This document shows positions 1 to 7,620 of a DNA stretch of 27,623 nucleotides, piece after piece. The stretch is from Clostridium sp. CAG:628 (GTDB lineage Bacteria; Bacillota_I; Bacilli_A; RF39; UBA660). Positions within the stretch are counted from its first letter, which is position 1; the number at the start of each line of letters is the position of its first letter. The notes beneath the pieces were generated by a model, which did not search any database, had not been told where the DNA came from, and saw only the letters and a program-made list of their open reading frames with translations. The position numbers and the translations under genes were made by a program. The stretch is from contig FR902236.1 in the NCBI GenBank assembly GCA_000438415.1, positions 4,378 to 32,000 on the forward strand, in the 5' to 3' direction.

Positions 1-273
1 AAATATATAGAAAGTTTTGATTTAAATGTTAATAATAAAAGTGGAATATATAGTTTAAGTGATGGTGTAAATTTTTTAGGCTATAATTTTAGGGTTTTTA
101 ATAATAAACTTATTATTAGATATAGAAGTGATACTATTAAAAGAGTTTACAAAAGACTTAAGAATTTAAAGGTATATGATAATGAAATGTATTTGAAGAG
201 TGTTGCAAGTTATAAAGGCTATTTTCTTTTATGCAATACTATAGTTAGAGATAAGTATTTAAGTGAAATTTAG
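1..273 (+). CDS. Reverse transcriptase (RNA-directed DNA polymerase), C-terminal fragment; the 5' part lies outside the window
   Basis: Frame 1 is open from base 1 to TAG at 271-273. It is not in the ORF track because it has no start in the window. The translation KYIESFDLNVNNKSGIYSLSDGVNFLGYNFRVFNNKLIIRYRSDTIKRVYKRLKNLKVYDNEMYLKSVASYKGYFLLCNT... shows the post-YxDD pattern hNxxK ... FLGY. It also has a short basic thumb-like tail ending in a G-Y-aromatic patch, as in group-II-intron-like and defence-type RTs. Confidence 0.55.
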   Translation, partial: KYIESFDLNVNNKSGIYSLSDGVNFLGYNFRVFNNKLIIRYRSDTIKRVYKRLKNLKVYDNEMYLKSVASYKGYFLLCNTIVRDKYLSEI

Positions 274-287
274 TTTATCACTTTTGG

Positions 288-326
288 CAATTACAATAAA
301 AAAAAGATACAATTTCAGTGTAATTG
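288..326 (+). other. Hairpin between the RT stop and the next ORF (8-10 bp stem, 23-nt A-rich loop); no T-run, so not a canonical terminator
   Basis: caattaca (288-295) is the exact reverse complement of tgtaattg (319-326). The flanking g/c bases extend the stem with one G-U pair. Confidence 0.35.
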
Positions 327-348
327 TCAAGAAAGGAGATAAGTCAAC

Positions 349-579
349 ATGAGAAAAAAAGATGTAATTAGTTACAAAATTGATACAAGCGTTCTTAAAA
401 ATTATGTAGAATCTATTAATTCGATAACAGAACCAATGATTCAAATTAAGGCTCAACTTAATCAACTAACAAAGCCAATGCAAAAAGAACTAAAAAGCAT
501 TAATAATATGTCTAATGTAATTAAGAAACTTTTAATTAAATATCCAAACGACAAGCAAAAATATTTACAGATACTATAA
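349..579 (+). CDS. Hypothetical small protein (76 aa), predicted helical, no recognisable domain
   Basis: ORF track. A strong SD (AAAGGAGA) lies 8 nt upstream of the ATG at 349. The gene is same-strand and 75 nt downstream of the RT fragment. Confidence 0.5.
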   Translation: MRKKDVISYKIDTSVLKNYVESINSITEPMIQIKAQLNQLTKPMQKELKSINNMSNVIKKLLIKYPNDKQKYLQIL

Positions 580-648
580 AGCAAATAATGGATATAAATA
601 ACGGAATACTTTCTACAAGAATGATAGACCCACTATTTTTCACATATG

Positions 649-902
649 AATGCTCTATATTTCTATGGAATGACAGAAGAATTTCCATATAATTATACAG
701 TGACCGTACCTCAAAGTTATCATGCAAATACTGTAAATCAAAAATGTAATGTATTTTATGTTTCAGATGATGTATCTGTGATATTATAAGATCAAAAGAA
801 AGAATGAATTTAGAACAAGTTAAAAAAGCAATAAAACAATATATGCAAAGCCACGATAAAGATATAGCAAAACTATCTGAATATTCAAAAAAATGGGAAT
901 AA
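649..902 (+). pseudogene. Decayed AbiEi-family (type IV TA antitoxin) gene: two fragments interrupted by a stop or frameshift, N-terminal HTH region missing
   Basis: The frame starting at 649 reads NALYFYGMTEEFPYNYTVTVPQSYHANTVNQKCNVFYVSDDVSVIL and stops at 787-789. This matches the conserved AbiEi core (..ALY.HGLTD..P....VTVP.GY......). The frame 804-902 reads MNLEQVKKAIKQYMQSHDKDIAKLSEYSKKWE, which resembles the AbiEi C-terminus. Recognised from memory of the family, not searched. Confidence 0.5.
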
Positions 903-935
903 ATAAAAAGGTTATGAAAATGATAGGTTAATATT

Positions 936-1052
936 ATGAGTAATTCTGCCCAGTCAGTTAAAGATAAACTAAAGAATATTTCTAGAGAAAAGAATGCGGC
1001 TTTTAACTCTGTTATGAGATTCTATATGTATGATATATTATTTTACATGTAA
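936..1052 (+). pseudogene. Truncated AbiEii/AbiGii-family nucleotidyltransferase toxin gene (only the first ~35 codons remain)
   Basis: ATG at 936 gives MSNSAQSVKDKLKNISREKNAAFNSVMRFYMYDILFYM, then a stop at 1050-1052. The pattern S(V/I)xxxLxNxSxExxxxFxxxxxRYxxE is the characteristic N-terminus of AbiEii toxins, which are normally ~250-300 aa. The fragment lies directly after the AbiEi remnants, as in intact abiEi-abiEii operons. Confidence 0.55.
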
Positions 1053-1218
1053 TATAAATATCAAAATTCACTATTTTAATAATAATTAAAGTAGTGTTTT
1101 ATATTTCTGAAAATACAATTTTTTTTCATCCAAATTTGGTAGTGAGAATAGCATGAAAAATATAAAAAATCTATATAAATAGTTTAAAATGTGTTATACT
1201 TTTGTAAGAGGTATAAAA

Positions 1219-1845
1219 ATGAAAATAAGTGAACCAAAAATTAAAAATTGTGAAGTATCTTCCTTTAATGAGTGTGTTAAAAATGAAGAATTTAATAAAG
1301 TAAAAATTAGGGAAAATAGTAGTATATCACTTGATTTAACAGATTATACATTTGACGAATGCGTTTTTGAAAATATAGATTTTTCTAATATAGAAATAAG
1401 TGATATATCTTTGATGGATGTTAAGTTTATCAACTGTGATTTATCTAATAAAAGATTTAATGATACGTTTTTAACAAGAGTTATATTTGAAAATTGTAAA
1501 TTAACAGGTCTTACTTTTATGGACTCACATTTAAAAGATATCAAAGTCACTTCTTCGGTTGGTTTATATTTGAATGTTGCATCAACAAATATAAATAATA
1601 TTGAAATAGAAGACAGTGACTTAACTGAGGCTACTTTTAATATGAGTACTTTAAATAATGTTGTTTTAAATAATGTTAATTTAACTAAATCTATATTTTT
1701 AGGATGTAATTTAAAAGATGTAGACTTTAGCACGTCTATAATTAACGGAATTAGTTTTGATATTAAGAGTTTAAATGGAATAATAATAAACAGAATGGAT
1801 GCTGGAAATATTGTGTCAATGTTTAATGTGAGAGTGAGGGACTAA
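1219..1845 (+). CDS. Pentapeptide-repeat protein, Qnr/MfpA-like (Gram-positive Qnr-like size and architecture)
   Basis: The track ORF is 1189-1845. I prefer the ATG at 1219 because AAGAGG lies 7 nt upstream. There are continuous A(D/N)LxX-type pentapeptide repeats (NCDLSNKRFNDTFLTRVIFENCKLTGLTFMDSHLKDIKV...). At ~208 aa, with a C-terminal dimerisation-like tail, it is comparable to EfsQnr-type proteins. Confidence 0.85.
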   Translation: MKISEPKIKNCEVSSFNECVKNEEFNKVKIRENSSISLDLTDYTFDECVFENIDFSNIEISDISLMDVKFINCDLSNKRFNDTFLTRVIFENCKLTGLTFMDSHLKDIKVTSSVGLYLNVASTNINNIEIEDSDLTEATFNMSTLNNVVLNNVNLTKSIFLGCNLKDVDFSTSIINGISFDIKSLNGIIINRMDAGNIVSMFNVRVRD

Positions 1846-1846
1846 A

Positions 1847-2335
1847 GTGACTAAGGAAGAAGTGTATGATTTTATAAAACACAAGAATATATGGTATGAA
1901 ATTACTGAACATAAAAGAGTGTTTACTATGGATGAGTTAGACAATATTGTTTTGCCGTATCCAGAAGCTGATGCGAAAAACTTATTTATCAGAGATGACA
2001 AGAAAAGAAACTACTACTTAATTACAGTAAGTGGTAAAAAGAAAGTTGATTTAAGTGTTTTTAGAGAAAAATATAATACTAGAAGACTTAGTTTTGCAAG
2101 TGAAAAAGATTTAATGAAAATTTTAAAATTAACCCCTGGAAGTGTAACTCCACTTGGTTTATTAAATGATAAAGAAAATTTAGTTAAATATTATTTAGAT
2201 AGTTATTTTATAAATAAGTGTGATATAATCGGAATGCACCCATGTGATAACTCTGAAACTTTATGGCTTAAGACTACAGATTTGATAAATATTTTAAAAG
2301 AAAATGGAACTATAGTAAATATAGTAGACTTGTAA
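1847..2335 (+). CDS. YbaK/ProX-type aminoacyl-tRNA trans-editing (prolyl-tRNA synthetase-associated) domain protein
   Basis: The GTG start is 1 nt after the upstream stop, so the two genes are coupled. Conserved stretches are NLFIRDDKKRNYYLITVSGKKKVDL and LKLTPGSVTPLGLLND, typical of the YbaK/EbsC/ProX family. Confidence 0.75.
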   Translation: MTKEEVYDFIKHKNIWYEITEHKRVFTMDELDNIVLPYPEADAKNLFIRDDKKRNYYLITVSGKKKVDLSVFREKYNTRRLSFASEKDLMKILKLTPGSVTPLGLLNDKENLVKYYLDSYFINKCDIIGMHPCDNSETLWLKTTDLINILKENGTIVNIVDL

Positions 2336-2423
2336 CTCAACTTAAAGTTTAGAAAACTAAACTAATGCTTTATAGAAATTTTTATAAAAATATATTATCA
2401 TTAAATTGTAAGGAGGAAAAATT

Positions 2424-3110
2424 ATGAAAAAGAAAGTATGTTATGTATTATGTTCATTAATTTGTCTATTAGTAGGAGGTATATCTAGTTATTTTATATT
2501 TAATAGTAGTAAAAACACATTAAAAGAGTTACCACTTCCAGAAGTTACTGGTGGAGAAAGAGGGACTCTCGGAATAGACAAAAACATTAATGAGGAAACA
2601 TTAGACGAATACTTAGGTAGAGAAGATGTGGTATATAGAGACATGAGAATGCTTAAAGACCCAGGAAATTATGAAGCAATTGGAGGAGACTCATATATTT
2701 CAGGTTTTGTTAAAGGTTTTGAAGTAGTACCTTATCCATATTTAACTGAAGTAAAGGGTTTACCTGAAATAGTAGGAGACACTTATACTGGGAAAACATT
2801 ATTTAAAGAAGTAGATGGAAAGTATGTTGCTAACTATGAAGAGTCAATGGAATACTTAGAATATTATTTTCCAAAAGATAAAGTAATCTTCTTAATGTGT
2901 GGAGGAGGCGGTTATGCTGGCATGACTAAAAATCTTCTAGTAAGTTTAGGTTGGGATGAAAACAAAATTTATGATGTAGGTGGTTACTGGTTCTATAATG
3001 GTAAAAATAATGTACAAGTTAAAACTACTAAAGATGGTAAGACTACATATGACTTTTGGAAAGTTACTTATCATGATATAGATTTTAAATCATTAACTGA
3101 GGTAAAATAA
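2424..3110 (+). CDS. Membrane-anchored, extracytoplasmic rhodanese-like domain protein
   Basis: Strong SD (AAGGAGG). There is one N-terminal TM helix. The C-terminal part has a rhodanese-like layout (VVYRDMR..., then KDKVIFLMCGGGGYAGMTKNLLVSLGW...VGGYW) with a Cys at the active-site-loop position. Confidence 0.5.
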   Translation: MKKKVCYVLCSLICLLVGGISSYFIFNSSKNTLKELPLPEVTGGERGTLGIDKNINEETLDEYLGREDVVYRDMRMLKDPGNYEAIGGDSYISGFVKGFEVVPYPYLTEVKGLPEIVGDTYTGKTLFKEVDGKYVANYEESMEYLEYYFPKDKVIFLMCGGGGYAGMTKNLLVSLGWDENKIYDVGGYWFYNGKNNVQVKTTKDGKTTYDFWKVTYHDIDFKSLTEVK

Positions 3111-3571
3111 TGAAAAAGATAGTAGTAATAGTGTTAAGCGTATTCTTATTAACAGGTTGCTTTAGTAATAAGACTAATCAAGAAGATGGTACAAAACGAA
3201 TATATTTAACTAGTAGTTATTATAATAAAGGTGAGTTTATAAAAGTAGACGATTTAACTACTTTAGAAAGTGATACTTATATATTATTTACTTACAACAA
3301 CTTTTGTAATTTAGCAGTTTCATGCGATAAAATTTTTGAAAGTTTTATGAAAAAATATAGTATTGATTTTGTTTCAATTCCATTTGATAAATTTAAAGGT
3401 ACTTATTTATATGAAACAGTAAAGTATGCACCTTCTGTAATTATTATAAAAGATAAAGAAGTAGTTAGTTATTTAGATGCTAATTCGGATGAAGATTTAG
3501 ATAAGTATCAAGATGAGGAAGCTTTTGAAAGCTATCTTAATAAGTATATTTACTTTAATGATAAAGATTAA
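3110..3571 (+). CDS. Lipoprotein, possibly thioredoxin-fold-like with a CX5C pair
   Basis: The ATG overlaps the upstream stop (ATAATG), indicating translational coupling. The signal peptide has a lipobox (LLTGC). The stretch ILFTYNNFCNLAVSCDK...APSVIIIKDKEVV resembles a thioredoxin-like beta-alpha-beta arrangement but has no CxxC. Confidence 0.45.
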   Translation: MKKIVVIVLSVFLLTGCFSNKTNQEDGTKRIYLTSSYYNKGEFIKVDDLTTLESDTYILFTYNNFCNLAVSCDKIFESFMKKYSIDFVSIPFDKFKGTYLYETVKYAPSVIIIKDKEVVSYLDANSDEDLDKYQDEEAFESYLNKYIYFNDKD

Positions 3572-3631
3572 CGAATGTTGGTCTTTATTTATTTTTAAAA
3601 GTATGATAAACTAGTACTGTGAGGTGGATTC

Positions 3632-4153
3632 ATGAACTTAAAGATGATTTTGACTAGTGAAAATGTAAGTAATGAAATATTAAATAACTTAGATTATTTG
3701 TTAACAATTATTCCTGAAATAAAGCCTATGATAGGATTCAATCAAAAACACCCACATCATAATTTAGATGTATTTATGCATACATTAGAAGCCTTGAAGA
3801 ATTCTAAAAATGATTATATTATTAGACTCGCTTTGTTATTCCATGATATTGGAAAACCACTTTCCTGTGTAGAAGATGGAGAAGTTAGACATTTCCCACA
3901 TCATCCAGTAATTAGTGAAATGATTACTAGAAAAGTTTTAACTAGACTAAATTATGAAAAAAATATTATAAATGAAGTGTGTTATTTAGTAAAATATCAT
4001 GATACACCTATAACTAAGGAAGACGTGGAAAAGAATTATAATTTACAACTTAAAAGATATGAAGTACAAAGATGCGATACGCTCGCACATAATCCACTTA
4101 TGAATTCTAAAAGAATTTCTTATTTAATAAAAACGAAAAAGTTGTTTAAATAA
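3632..4153 (+). CDS. HD-domain phosphohydrolase-family protein
   Basis: SD GAGGTGG. The motif HPHHNLDVFMHTLEAL...LLFHDIGKP is the H...HD...D metal-binding signature, similar to the HD module of CCA-adding enzymes. Confidence 0.75.
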   Translation: MNLKMILTSENVSNEILNNLDYLLTIIPEIKPMIGFNQKHPHHNLDVFMHTLEALKNSKNDYIIRLALLFHDIGKPLSCVEDGEVRHFPHHPVISEMITRKVLTRLNYEKNIINEVCYLVKYHDTPITKEDVEKNYNLQLKRYEVQRCDTLAHNPLMNSKRISYLIKTKKLFK

Positions 4154-4195
4154 AAAAATATAACAAAATTGTATATCTTTCTTGTTATATTTTTT
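4153..4195. terminator. Bidirectional intrinsic terminator between the convergent HD-domain and KilA-N genes
   Basis: The arms aaaaaatataacaa and ttgttatatttttt form a ~13-bp stem with a 15-nt loop, with A-runs and T-runs on either side. The stem overlaps both stop codons. Confidence 0.6.
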
Positions 4196-5060
4196 ATTTA
4201 TTTTCAATTTTCATAAATTCAGTTGTTTTAAGTTTGGTAAGATTTTCGTCATTTTCTAATATTTTCAATTGGTCTATGGCTATTTTATTTAGTTTTTCTA
4301 ACCTAGCGGATTGCGTAATTTTATCATTAATCATTGTAGCATTTATGGTTTCTAAATTACATAAAACTAAAAGTTGTCTGATATCAGCGTAGTCTCTTTG
4401 GTTTCCTTTTAATCCTTGATTTTTATCTTTCCATTCTTTTGCTGTCATACCAAATAAGGCAACATTTAGTAAATCTGCTTCAGTAGAATATGCGTGTTTT
4501 TTCTGAATATCTGTAATTAAATTAGGAACTATTGAGTTTTTTATTGCATCGGTATGTATTTTATAATTTGCTTTAGATAATACTCTACTTGCATTCCAGT
4601 CAATTTTTTCTTGATATGCTTCATTTCTTTTTAATCTTTCAAATTCTTTGATTAAGTATAACTTGAATTCTGGACTTAACCAACTTGCAAATTCTAATGC
4701 AATGTCAGAATGAGCAAATGTACCACCATTATTTCCAGATTTTGATATAATACCAATTGCATTGGTTTCTTTAATCCATTTTTGTGGTGAAATTTTAAAT
4801 TTATTACTACCTGCTTCATTTTTAAACGTGTCGAATTCGACACCTTTGAAATTTTCATTATTTAGTTTTTCCCATAACCCTAGAAATGAAATAACATCTT
4901 TATTTCTCATCCAGTTTTGTATTGGATATCTTGGTTCATCTTCATCAGCATACCTTGCTAAATCGGTTAATGATATATATTCTTCCGTGCCAATTCTAAT
5001 TACACTTACCTTGTTGTTATTAACGTTCAGTTCGCTTTTAATTAAATTATTTTTCATCAA
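4194..5060 (-). CDS. KilA-N domain-containing protein
   Basis: ORF track. The N-terminal region ISLTDLARYADEDEPRYPIQNWMRNKDVISFLGLWE...GGTFAHSDIALEFASWLSPEFKLYLIKEFERLK is the KilA-N DNA-binding domain signature, and the C-terminal half is helical. The start is TTG or ATG, with AAAGGAGG upstream. Confidence 0.8.
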   Translation of the reverse strand: MMKNNLIKSELNVNNNKVSVIRIGTEEYISLTDLARYADEDEPRYPIQNWMRNKDVISFLGLWEKLNNENFKGVEFDTFKNEAGSNKFKISPQKWIKETNAIGIISKSGNNGGTFAHSDIALEFASWLSPEFKLYLIKEFERLKRNEAYQEKIDWNASRVLSKANYKIHTDAIKNSIVPNLITDIQKKHAYSTEADLLNVALFGMTAKEWKDKNQGLKGNQRDYADIRQLLVLCNLETINATMINDKITQSARLEKLNKIAIDQLKILENDENLTKLKTTEFMKIENK

Positions 5061-5109
5061 TGCCTCCTTTTCTTTATAATAAACTTATAGAAAAGTTAAA
5101 TTTCAATTT

Positions 5110-5184
5110 TGGTTACCCCAGCAAGATTCGAACTTGCGAATGATGGAGTCAGAATCCATTGCCTTACCACTTGGCTATGGGGCA
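5110..5184 (-). tRNA. tRNA-Gln (anticodon CUG), CCA encoded
   Basis: The reverse complement is TGCCCCATAGCCAAGTGGTAAGGCAATGGATTCTGACTCCATCATTCGCAAGTTCGAATCTTGCTGGGGTAACCA. It has a 7-bp acceptor stem and an anticodon stem ATGGA/TCCAT with loop TTCTGAC. The T arm is GCAAG-TTCGAAT-CTTGC, the discriminator is A, and CCA follows. Coordinates could be off by 1. Confidence 0.9.
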
Positions 5185-5196
5185 GTCACACTACTA

Positions 5197-5225
5197 ATTA
5201 TACTTTTTAAAACTAAGTTTGTAAA
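5197..5225 (-). promoter_or_regulatory. Sigma-A-type promoter for tRNA-Gln
   Basis: On the minus strand: TTTACA (5220-5225), 17 nt, TATAAT (5197-5202), about 12 nt upstream of the tRNA 5' end. Confidence 0.5.
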
Positions 5226-5242
5226 TACTTTTCTAACAAATT

Positions 5243-5262
5243 AAAAACCTAGCAATGCTAGG
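5243..5262 (-). terminator. Possible intrinsic terminator of the ger operon
   Basis: cctagc-aat-gctagg forms a 6-bp stem with a triloop. On the minus strand it is followed by TTTTT. The stem is short, so confidence is low. Confidence 0.35.
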
Positions 5263-5359
5263 CTTTGTGTTGTTGAACACATTTGTGAATATTTATCCCT
5301 CTCGGGACAACAATAATATACCAAATTATTTAAAAAAAGTAAAGTAATTTTAATAAAAT

Positions 5360-6472
5360 TTATACTTTTTTACTCTTTATTTTAATTTTTCCACAAATAA
5401 ATACAAAACTTACTATGATAACTGAAAGAACAAGTAGTATGAAAGGCGAGTAAGCATAAATATTTTTATACCTATTTATATAATTTTCATATGGTATTAA
5501 ATAGATTATAACACCAATTAATAAAGAAATAATTATACCCATAACAATATATTGCTTTTTCTTAGTTTTAACATTAAATACTTCATAAAGCCCAGTTTTA
5601 ATCGTCTGTAAATTATATTGTAAACTAAGTGTCATAAATAACACCCATATTAGAATATTAATGTTTTCTATATTATCAAGAAAACTAAACATATTAATAG
5701 TTTTTAATACTTCATAACTTGGAAAAGTAAATAATATACTTACATCAATTCCAAGAACACCAATTGTACAAAGAAAAATTATTGATACACAAATGGTGTT
5801 AATGATGTATCCAATTAATATGCTTTTTTTAACATTTTCTTTATCAACTATATTATTTTTTGGAATAACAAGAAGACTTAAAATTGGTACAACACATAAC
5901 ATTGAAAACATTACAGAACTTTTTGATAGATGTGAAAAATCTTTATTCAATAGTGGTAATAAATTACTAAAATCAACTTGTCCCAAAAGAGATAGCACAT
6001 TATTAAAAAATAGAAAAGCACCAATAAATAAGCAGAATGTACTAATTCTTGCAAGAGTATCAATATCATACATTGTTGAATAGATAACTGGTAAAATTAA
6101 AATTAATGTAATTAAACTGTTTGGTGTCTCATCAAGAAATTCTAAAGATATAAATGTAGAGTATCTCCAAAAAACAAATACTGCAAAGATAAACATAAAT
6201 AAGAGAATGATAGAAACTATAATTTTACTTACGAACTTTGGAAATACATAATCTATTTTTTTAAATAAACTATATTCAGGAAGAAAATCAAATATTTTAA
6301 AGAATAGAAAGATTATTAAAAATCCAAGAAGAAAACCTATAAATATACTTATAAATACACTTGTTTTAGCAGTAACTAACATATATGGAATTAAAGTACC
6401 TGGTAGCATTGCATTAATAATGCATATAAATATAAAAGTAAAACTTAAACTACTTAATTTGTAATTTGTCAT
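5360..6472 (-). CDS. Spore germination protein, GerAB/GerKB-type integral membrane (APC-like) subunit
   Basis: ORF track. It has ~10 TM helices, and its 4-nt overlap with the upstream gerC-type gene places it as the third gene of the A-C-B germinant receptor operon. Confidence 0.8.
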   Translation of the reverse strand: MTNYKLSSLSFTFIFICIINAMLPGTLIPYMLVTAKTSVFISIFIGFLLGFLIIFLFFKIFDFLPEYSLFKKIDYVFPKFVSKIIVSIILLFMFIFAVFVFWRYSTFISLEFLDETPNSLITLILILPVIYSTMYDIDTLARISTFCLFIGAFLFFNNVLSLLGQVDFSNLLPLLNKDFSHLSKSSVMFSMLCVVPILSLLVIPKNNIVDKENVKKSILIGYIINTICVSIIFLCTIGVLGIDVSILFTFPSYEVLKTINMFSFLDNIENINILIWVLFMTLSLQYNLQTIKTGLYEVFNVKTKKKQYIVMGIIISLLIGVIIYLIPYENYINRYKNIYAYSPFILLVLSVIIVSFVFICGKIKIKSKKV

Positions 6473-7617
6473 AAGTCACCTCTTAAATTTCCTTGTTTAT
6501 ATAGTGATACATCTATGTTATATTTTAAATTTAATTTATTTAACCCATCTTTGTTCCAGTCTTTATTTTCAAAATCAAAATATTTATAGTTATTTTTATA
6601 TATGTAGTTACCAAGTCCTAGAAAATCATAATTATATTTTTTGCTTTTATTAAATGCCTTAGTAATATAACTTTCAACCTCTTTTTCTGCTTTTTTACTG
6701 ATACTTTTTAATACATCAGCGTTATCTAAATTATCTTTACAACCATAATAAACAATTTCAGCACCAACATTCCCCTTAACATTAAGTTGGTCTATATTTA
6801 ACTTACTTTTTAGTTTCATTTTACTTTCTAGAGTTTCAATAGTGAAGTACCCACCATCACATTCAATTGTTAATGTTGCGTTTTTAATTTTATTTCTTAA
6901 AAAGTTCACTCCTTTTGTTTCTTCATCAGTTAATTCAATTGCTTCCTTATCTTTAAAAAATACCATGTTTTTAACTTCAACGTAACTTTCGCTTTTTGAG
7001 TCTTCAAGACTATCATTCTCACTACTTTTACTAGTATCTTTTATATAAACGTTTGGAAATAATGTATATTTTCCTTTTGCATAGTAATTATTTATTAATT
7101 CTCTTACATGCAAACTATTAATTCCACCATATCTGGTTTCACTGTTCATTATAGCATCATATAAATTATTTGCAGAGTTTGTATCAAAGTGACTTATGCT
7201 AGACAAGATATCAAGACTTTTATTCTCAGTAGAAGTAACAACTAGAAAATTCAAAGAAAGTCTAGTATCTCTAATAAGAAAATCTATTATCTCATCAAGT
7301 CCATCATTTAAAACACTTTGATCTAAAAACACATAATCAACATCAGCCAGAAAGAAAACTTTACTTGTTTTTTTATTCATACTTCTTGCTGCTTCAAATA
7401 TGGTTTCACCTTGTCCACTTATAACTGTAATCGGACTTTTATTAAGACCACTTTTTTCACTATCTAAAACATTCAATAATTGAATGTCTAAGTTATATAA
7501 GTCACCATCTTTGCTAATCCCCATAGCGCTTACGATGCCGAGCTCGTTAAGTTCTTTATAGTTATAACAGCCTGTACAAATGAAAGTCAAAAATATTAAT
7601 AAAATTACTTTTTTCAT
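6469..7617 (-). CDS. Spore germination lipoprotein, Ger(x)C family
   Basis: Lipobox (FICTGC) followed by YNYKELNELGIVSAMGISKDGD, the typical GerAC N-terminus (C..reiedl.iv.a.giD). Its ~380 aa size and its position between the A and B subunits also fit. Confidence 0.85.
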   Translation of the reverse strand: MKKVILLIFLTFICTGCYNYKELNELGIVSAMGISKDGDLYNLDIQLLNVLDSEKSGLNKSPITVISGQGETIFEAARSMNKKTSKVFFLADVDYVFLDQSVLNDGLDEIIDFLIRDTRLSLNFLVVTSTENKSLDILSSISHFDTNSANNLYDAIMNSETRYGGINSLHVRELINNYYAKGKYTLFPNVYIKDTSKSSENDSLEDSKSESYVEVKNMVFFKDKEAIELTDEETKGVNFLRNKIKNATLTIECDGGYFTIETLESKMKLKSKLNIDQLNVKGNVGAEIVYYGCKDNLDNADVLKSISKKAEKEVESYITKAFNKSKKYNYDFLGLGNYIYKNNYKYFDFENKDWNKDGLNKLNLKYNIDVSLYKQGNLRGDL

Positions 7618-7620
7618 AAA

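Noticed and set aside
1-348. Group II intron as the explanation for the RT fragment.
   Set aside because: An intron-encoded RT sits in ribozyme domain IV and must be followed by domains V and VI. The 75 nt after the stop and the following sequence contain nothing resembling the conserved ~34-nt domain V hairpin, and a normal SD-led ORF follows instead.
1189-1218. Longer 5' extensions given by the ORF track for three genes: 1189 for the pentapeptide protein, 13918 for ileS and 22687 for the HNH-like gene.
   Set aside because: In each case an internal ATG has a properly spaced SD. The extension also runs through a regulatory structure: the T-box terminator for ileS and the addA terminator for the HNH-like gene.
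2348-2365. Hairpin agtttag-aaaa-ctaaact after the YbaK-like gene, considered as a terminator.
   Set aside because: The 7-bp AT-rich stem has no following T-run, so it is too weak to call.
4826-4841. Perfect 16-bp palindrome GTGTCGAATTCGACAC, containing an EcoRI site, inside the KilA-N gene.
   Set aside because: It lies within a coding region, where it encodes GVEFDT. One perfect 16-mer palindrome in ~27 kb is roughly what chance predicts (about 27,000/65,536 expected). It has no partner site or flanking signal.
5040-5080. An apparent one-base discrepancy. Translating by hand, I read an extra A around 5040-5042, which would truncate the N-terminus of the KilA-N ORF (4194-5060) and of the antisense ORF 4762-5079.
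   Set aside because: The supplied ORF track reads straight through, and coordinates are again consistent by 5360. I treat this as my own reading error in an A/T run rather than a frameshift. As a consequence, my tRNA-Gln coordinates may be off by one.
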